From Octopus sinensis (lineage: Eukaryota): a stretch of 12,885 nucleotides of DNA. The position numbers and the translations under genes are program-made. Positions 8,498 to 12,885 of this stretch are shown here, piece by piece (position 1 is the first letter of the stretch; each line of letters begins with the position of its first letter). The notes under the pieces are model-generated. The model searched no databases. It was not told where the DNA came from and saw only the letters and a program-made list of their open reading frames with translations. The stretch spans positions 1 through 12,885 of the forward strand of contig NW_021826502.1 of NCBI RefSeq assembly GCF_006345805.1. The letters run 5' to 3'.

Positions 8498-8593
8498 TTC
8501 CTTCCTTTCCTGAGCGTCCAATAACACTATACTTGTTCTACGTCCTCACGTTGTTGTGTTTTCTCTTTGTGTTTTCATGTTTGGATTAACTAT

Positions 8594-8630
<37 letters not shown>

Positions 8631-8635
8631 TGTAT

Positions 8636-8927
8636 GTATAACAACAGAGATGGGTTGAAGTTCAATGCAGCTGTTTCAGCCGTATTTTTATTGATGAACA
8701 CAATAATTACATGATATATAAAAAAAGTTTCTTTCGGGTGAATTATAAGTAAAGTTCAACATTTAGGATTTTTAACACAAATAACCCAGATGAGACGGTC
8801 AATATACATTATACATTATGTGTGCTAAATATCCTACATGTTAACATTTACTCTTGATTTACCTGGTTAGTAAAAAACACGTCTGAAACAGCTGTAGTAA
8901 ATTTCAACCTATTTGTGTTGTTTATAC
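8636..8927. repeat. Long imperfect inverted repeat IR-1
   Basis: 8641-8689 matches the reverse complement of 8873-8921 at 40/49 positions by my manual alignment. 8748-8784 also matches the reverse complement of ~8816-8852. The loop is ~31 nt, and the left arm carries an extra ~45 nt. Confidence 0.85.
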
Positions 8928-9092
8928 TTCGCCATACGCTAACCTTCACTGCATTAGATCTTGAAGCTATAGTCGACCGTGCATTATACACCGGAGCGTA
9001 CTCGTCTGTGATGTTGCGTATGCGTTGTGTATTTGTTCAGTACTTGTGTACGCAAGCATAACCGGAAGAATAAATCCATATTTACATTACTA

Positions 9093-9371
9093 ATTTTGCT
9101 AAGGTTATTTCTTATGGTCAGCACTGATTTTTTGGAAGCAACGTTTCGTATCGAGACATCAGATGTAAACAAACAATGAGATCGGAGACAAAAATGTGTA
9201 ATTAGTGTATATGCTAAATTTCGGGGCAAACCCCACCAAAATATGGCATATTCACTCATTACCTATTTTTCTTCGATTTCCTTGTCTGCTTCATCTAACA
9301 TCTCGATACGAAAAGTTGTAGCAAAAAGGTAACGCTGGTTACAATTTCTGTAGAAATAACCTAAGCAAAAT
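9093..9371. repeat. Long imperfect inverted repeat IR-2
   Basis: Arms 9093-9226 and 9231-9371 share ATTTTGCT(A/T)AGGTTATTTCT, TTTCGTATCGAGA, GTAAT(T/G)AGTG and ATATGC, and close on GGGG-CAAA-CCCC. Most mismatches are transitions. Confidence 0.85.
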
Positions 9372-9612
9372 AAAGTAAAGAGCACTGCTAACACAGTAGA
9401 ACATGATGTTGATTGATAAAAAGCATTCAATATACTTTATGGAATAATAAAGTTGCATAATGAAATACCACGTGCATACAAGCTACTACTATTTACTTTA
9501 CTAAGTTCGACAGTGTTCATACACACTATTAGCTTACGGCGGCGCTTTCCCTGACTCTACCTTTTTTGGTGTCTTTTCTATATAAATACTGCGCTTCTAT
9601 AAATCCTGAAAG

Positions 9613-9649
<37 letters not shown>

Positions 9650-9650
<1 letters not shown>

Positions 9651-9802
9651 TTCTACTATAGCCTTGGGTCAACCAAAGCCTTGTGAATAGATTTGGCAGA
9701 CGGAAACTGAAATAAGCCCGTCGTATATATGCATATGCATATATATATGTGTGTGTGTTTGTGTGTCTGTGTTTGTTCCCCTAACATCGTTTAACAACCG
9801 AT
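9650..9802 (+). mobile_element. SINE family B, internal fragment between TA-rich runs
   Basis: CTTCTACTATAGCCTTGGGTCAACCAAAGCCTTGTGAATAGATTTGGCAGACGGAAACTG...AACAACCGAT; truncated at both ends. Confidence 0.85.
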
Positions 9803-9884
9803 ACATACATATATATGTTTTACTCTTTACCTTTTATTAAACTTTTAATACTTTTGATATATATTTAAAATAATAAAAATTAAA

Positions 9885-10043
9885 TTAATTTTATGTATTG
9901 GCTTATGTTTTTCATTGTTTGATTTGCCTAATAGTGGTTTTATCTCTAATTTAATATGATATAATATAATATATTTATACTATAAAATGGATTTAATCCT
10001 AAATCTGATTTTTGGTCCCTGTAAGTTTTTATTTATATCCCTA

Positions 10044-10105
<62 letters not shown>

Positions 10106-10258
10106 TAATAAATATTAGGGAATAAATCCAAATTTACAGGGAAAATCAGATTTAGGATTGAATCCAATTTTATAGTAAAATATTATATAATATTATTAGA
10201 GACAAAACCACTATTTTGCAAATCAAACAAGGAAAGACTTAATCAATACATAAAAAAT
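9885..10258. repeat. Long inverted repeat IR-3 centred on a (TA)n tract
   Basis: 9885-10049 matches the reverse complement of 10110-10258 (for example 34/38 over CATTGTTTGATTTG...TCTCTAAT, and a nearly exact AATCCTAAATCTGATTTT block). The spacer 10050-10102 is (TA)n. Confidence 0.9.
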
Positions 10259-10285
10259 TTTAATATAAAGTAAATAAATCGCCAC

Positions 10286-10337
10286 TTAAGTCTTTCCTTG
10301 TTTGATTTGCAAAAGTAGGTTTGTGTCTCTAATATTA
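10286..10337. repeat. Third partial copy of the IR-3 arm, inverted relative to the right arm
   Basis: 10286-10314 is the exact reverse complement of 10214-10242 (29 bp), followed by looser similarity up to a second (TA)n tract. Confidence 0.9.
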
Positions 10338-10480
10338 TATATATATATAGATATATATATATATATATATATAATATATATATATATATATTAATGTATA
10401 TATATATATATAATATATATATATAATATATATAATATATATATATATATATGTATGTATATACTATATGTGTATGTATG
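10338..10480. repeat. (TA)n/(TATG)n microsatellite
   Basis: Read directly from the sequence. Confidence 0.95.
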
Positions 10481-10703
10481 TACAAGCTCATATAAGTGCC
10501 AACGCACGAAACTCTTGGCCCTTGAGACACTGCGTTGCTTCTGATAAATATTAACAAATATAAGCCATCTTGACTATGGGTTAAGTGGCCGAAATATGAA
10601 ATCATTATCAAAAACAGACCTGTTTAAGAATAAACTTGTACTCTACACATGTATGAAGTAACCCCTTAGATTAATGTAAAATTGTGTCTCTAGAAGAAAG
10701 GAA

Positions 10704-10861
10704 TGTTGTTGTTGATGATGATGATGATGATGATGTTGTTGTTTTTTTGTTGATGTTGTTGTTGTTGATGTTTTTGTTGTTGTTGATGCTCTTGTTGATG
10801 TTATTGTTCGTGATGTTTTTGTTGCTGTTGATGCTGTTGCTGTTGATGCTGTTGCTGTTGT
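10704..10861 (+). repeat. Compound (GTT/GAT/GCT)n trinucleotide tract
   Basis: Read directly from the sequence. Confidence 0.9.
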
Positions 10862-11183
10862 GCGAACGGTCCTCGTCCCAGAGCTCGCAAGTTGGGAGAA
10901 GTCCGAAACGTGTTCCTTTGCTATTTGTAAGACCCGCAGAAGAGAAAGCAGGTCAACCCCCGACACCGAGATGAATGCGCATGCAGGCTCAGCAGTTGCG
11001 TAGGAAGTCGGGGACAAGAAACAGGAAGAAAGAGCGAGAGAAATTTGGAGCGAAAGAGTACAACAGGGGTCACCACCACCACCCTTGTCGGAGCCTCGTG
11101 GAGCTTTTAGGTGTTTTCGCTCAATAAACACACACAACGCCCGCGAGTCCACTGCCCTAACTATTGGGCCATTGCGCCTCCAC

Positions 11184-11292
11184 TGATGTTGATGGTGTTG
11201 TTGATGATGTTATTGCTGTTGATGTTGTTGTTGTTGATGTTCTTTTTGTTGTTGATGTTGATGATGAGAATTTTGCTGTTGTTGTTGTTGTT
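11184..11292 (+). repeat. Compound (GTT/GAT)n trinucleotide tract
   Basis: Read directly from the sequence; abuts the SINE head at 11293. Confidence 0.9.
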
Positions 11293-11504
11293 AAAGAGGC
11301 GAACTGGTAGAATCGTTAGCTTGCCGCGCGAAATGCTTAGCGGCATCGTGTTTGTCTTTACGCTCTGCGTTCAAATTCTGCCGTGGGCCAGTTTGCCTTT
11401 CATCCTTTAGGGGACGAATAAATAAGGATCAGTTAAATGTTGGAGACGACGTAATCAACTTATTCTTTTCTTTGAAATTGCTGGCCATGTGTCAAAATTA
11501 GGAA
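11293..11504 (+). mobile_element. SINE family A, diverged, tail type 2
   Basis: GAGGCGAACTGGTAGAATCGTTAGC head, GTTCAAATTCTGCC B box, TTTGCCTTTCATCCTTTAGGG central motif. Confidence 0.8.
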
Positions 11505-11528
11505 TTATTATCATCATCGTCATCATAA

Positions 11529-11566
<38 letters not shown>

Positions 11567-11688
11567 TTATTATTATTATATCATTATTATTATTTTATTA
11601 TTTTAATATCATTCATTATTATTATTATTATTTATATTATATTATTATTATTTTATTATTATTATTTTATAACCATTATTATTATGAT
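11505..11688 (+). repeat. (ATT)n microsatellite, expanded SINE tail
   Basis: Read directly from the sequence; lies between two family A SINEs. Confidence 0.95.
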
Positions 11689-11691
11689 TGA

Positions 11692-11920
11692 GGGCGGTGT
11701 GCTGGCAGAATCATTAGCACGCCGGACGAAATGCATAGCGTATTTCGTCTGCCGTTACGTTCTGAGTGTAAATTCCGCCGAGGTCGACTTTGCCATTCAT
11801 CCTTTCGGGGTCGATAAATTAAGTAGCAGTTACGCACTGGGGTCGATGTAATCGACTTAATCCCTTTGTCTGTCCTTGTTTGTCCTCTGTGTTTAGCCCC
11901 TTGTGGGTAGTAAAGAAATA
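11692..11920 (+). mobile_element. SINE family A, full length, tail type 1
   Basis: Close match to 952-1180 and 2484-2714; ends GTGGGTAGTAAAGAAATA. Confidence 0.9.
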
Positions 11921-12094
11921 GGTATTTCATCTGCCGTTACGTTTTGAGTTCAAATTCCGCTGAGGTCGACTTTGTCTTTCATCCTCTCGAGATCGATAAA
12001 ATAAATGCAAGCTGGTCACTGGAGACAATGTAACCGACTCATCAGCCCCACCCCGCCAAATATAAATTGCTACCCTTGTGGAAAAATTTGAAAC
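11921..12094 (+). mobile_element. SINE family A, A-box-less unit, tail type 2
   Basis: Starts at GGTATTTCATCTGCCGTTACG directly after tail 1; ends AAAATTTGAAAC. Confidence 0.85.
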
Positions 12095-12245
12095 TATTAC
12101 TACTACGACTATTATTAATATTATTATTATAATTATTATTATTATTATCATCATCATTATCATCATCATCATTATTATTGTTATTATTATTATTATTATC
12201 ATCATCATTATTATTATTATTATTGTTATTATTATTATTATTATT
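12095..12245 (+). repeat. (ACT/ATT/ATC)n microsatellite
   Basis: Read directly from the sequence; it is the tail of both flanking elements. Confidence 0.95.
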
Positions 12246-12749
12246 GAGTGAGAGAGCAGTGCATGCCATCAAAGTGACACTGGGGTATAATATGCGAAGC
12301 CCAGTATACACATCATGACTACCCGTCTGATAAGGGTACACCAGGCAAATGCATCACAATTATATGTGCGCGACATGGTGATCTCATAACAAGATAAACA
12401 GCGCATGACCTTGCAAGTGGGGCCCAGTTAGAATTTTCTTCTGGTGGGTAACCCATCCCACTCAAAAGGTCCCTGATTGAGGGTTGTTTAAGGATGTTGA
12501 ATGAAACACCCATGTTTCAAGAGGTGAATCATTCAAACCTCAAAGAATCGCTCTCAACACATGGCTATGATGCTCCCCCACTACTTCTACTCGTGATCAG
12601 AGATGCACATATCGTCAGCCACTAAGGGACATGGTCAACTGGTTATGGTCAAACAACTGACAAGCAAATCTGTGGTATTGAGCAGAATATTTGCTGTAGC
12701 CCATCTTTTATACCAAGACAAAACAATGTACATGATAACACTTCCAGTC
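12246..12749 (-). mobile_element. Probable 3' end (UTR) of a 5'-truncated non-LTR retrotransposon, or a long SINE
   Basis: The minus strand ends ...GCATGCACTGCTCTCTCACTC followed by (AAT)n, a typical non-LTR 3' end. It is flanked by ATT tracts on both sides and has no RT-like ORF. I recall it as an abundant octopus repeat, but this is unverified. Confidence 0.6.
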
Positions 12750-12762
12750 TTATTATTATTAA

Positions 12763-12814
<52 letters not shown>

Positions 12815-12815
12815 G
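12750..12815 (+). repeat. (ATT)n microsatellite
   Basis: Read directly from the sequence. Confidence 0.95.
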
Positions 12816-12885
12816 CTATCCTTGTTGTTGTGTAGATCTCTTTCCTTATTTTCCTACCCACTGCCCTGTTCTGCTTATCGTCCTC

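Noticed and set aside
8505-8590. Pyrimidine-rich segment between TA tracts that resembles an octopus repeat fragment as I recall it
   Set aside because: There is no second copy in the window and I cannot support a family assignment without a search.
9263-9360. Minus-strand exon-like segment with good AG/GT boundaries encoding xYFYRNCNQRYLFATTFRIEMLDEADKEIEEK*
   Set aside because: It is the right arm of IR-2. The left arm does not keep the frame (indels, early stop), which fits non-coding duplication. Not excluded, but unsupported.
9724-9745. 22-bp perfect palindrome TATATATGCATATGCATATATA
   Set aside because: Alternating purine-pyrimidine microsatellite inside a SINE; self-complementarity is trivial.
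10643-11152. 169-aa minus-strand ORF, the longest in the track
   Set aside because: About a third comes from the trinucleotide tract and I recognise no domain. The poly-Q/H frame of that tract has a TAA and a frameshifting A-run.
11111-12341. Poly-L/I/M/N ORFs
   Set aside because: Microsatellite and SINE read-through.

Overview
AT-rich eukaryotic genomic DNA, most likely from an octopus; I infer this from recognising the repeat families from memory, not from a search. The window is mostly interspersed repeats and microsatellites. It holds about 21 full or partial units of a tRNA-headed SINE with a Nin/Deu-like central domain ('family A', 19 on +, including a 12-unit head-to-tail array at 952-3109). 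It also holds five pieces of a CORE-type SINE ('family B'), one further CORE-like SINE ('family C'), the 3' end of a probable non-LTR retrotransposon, and large (TA)n/(CA)n and (ATT)n/(GTT)n tracts. No protein-coding gene can be identified with confidence, and nearly all supplied ORFs are microsatellite or SINE artefacts. Two non-repetitive-looking regions stand out. (1) At 7.1-8.2 kb there are promoter-like motifs, a possible signal-peptide exon and a phase-compatible 27-nt micro-exon. (2) At 8.6-10.3 kb three mutually unrelated long imperfect inverted repeats lie in succession, with several smaller hairpins nearby. The inverted-repeat cluster and the recurrent SINE-into-SINE junctions are the strongest unexplained structures.
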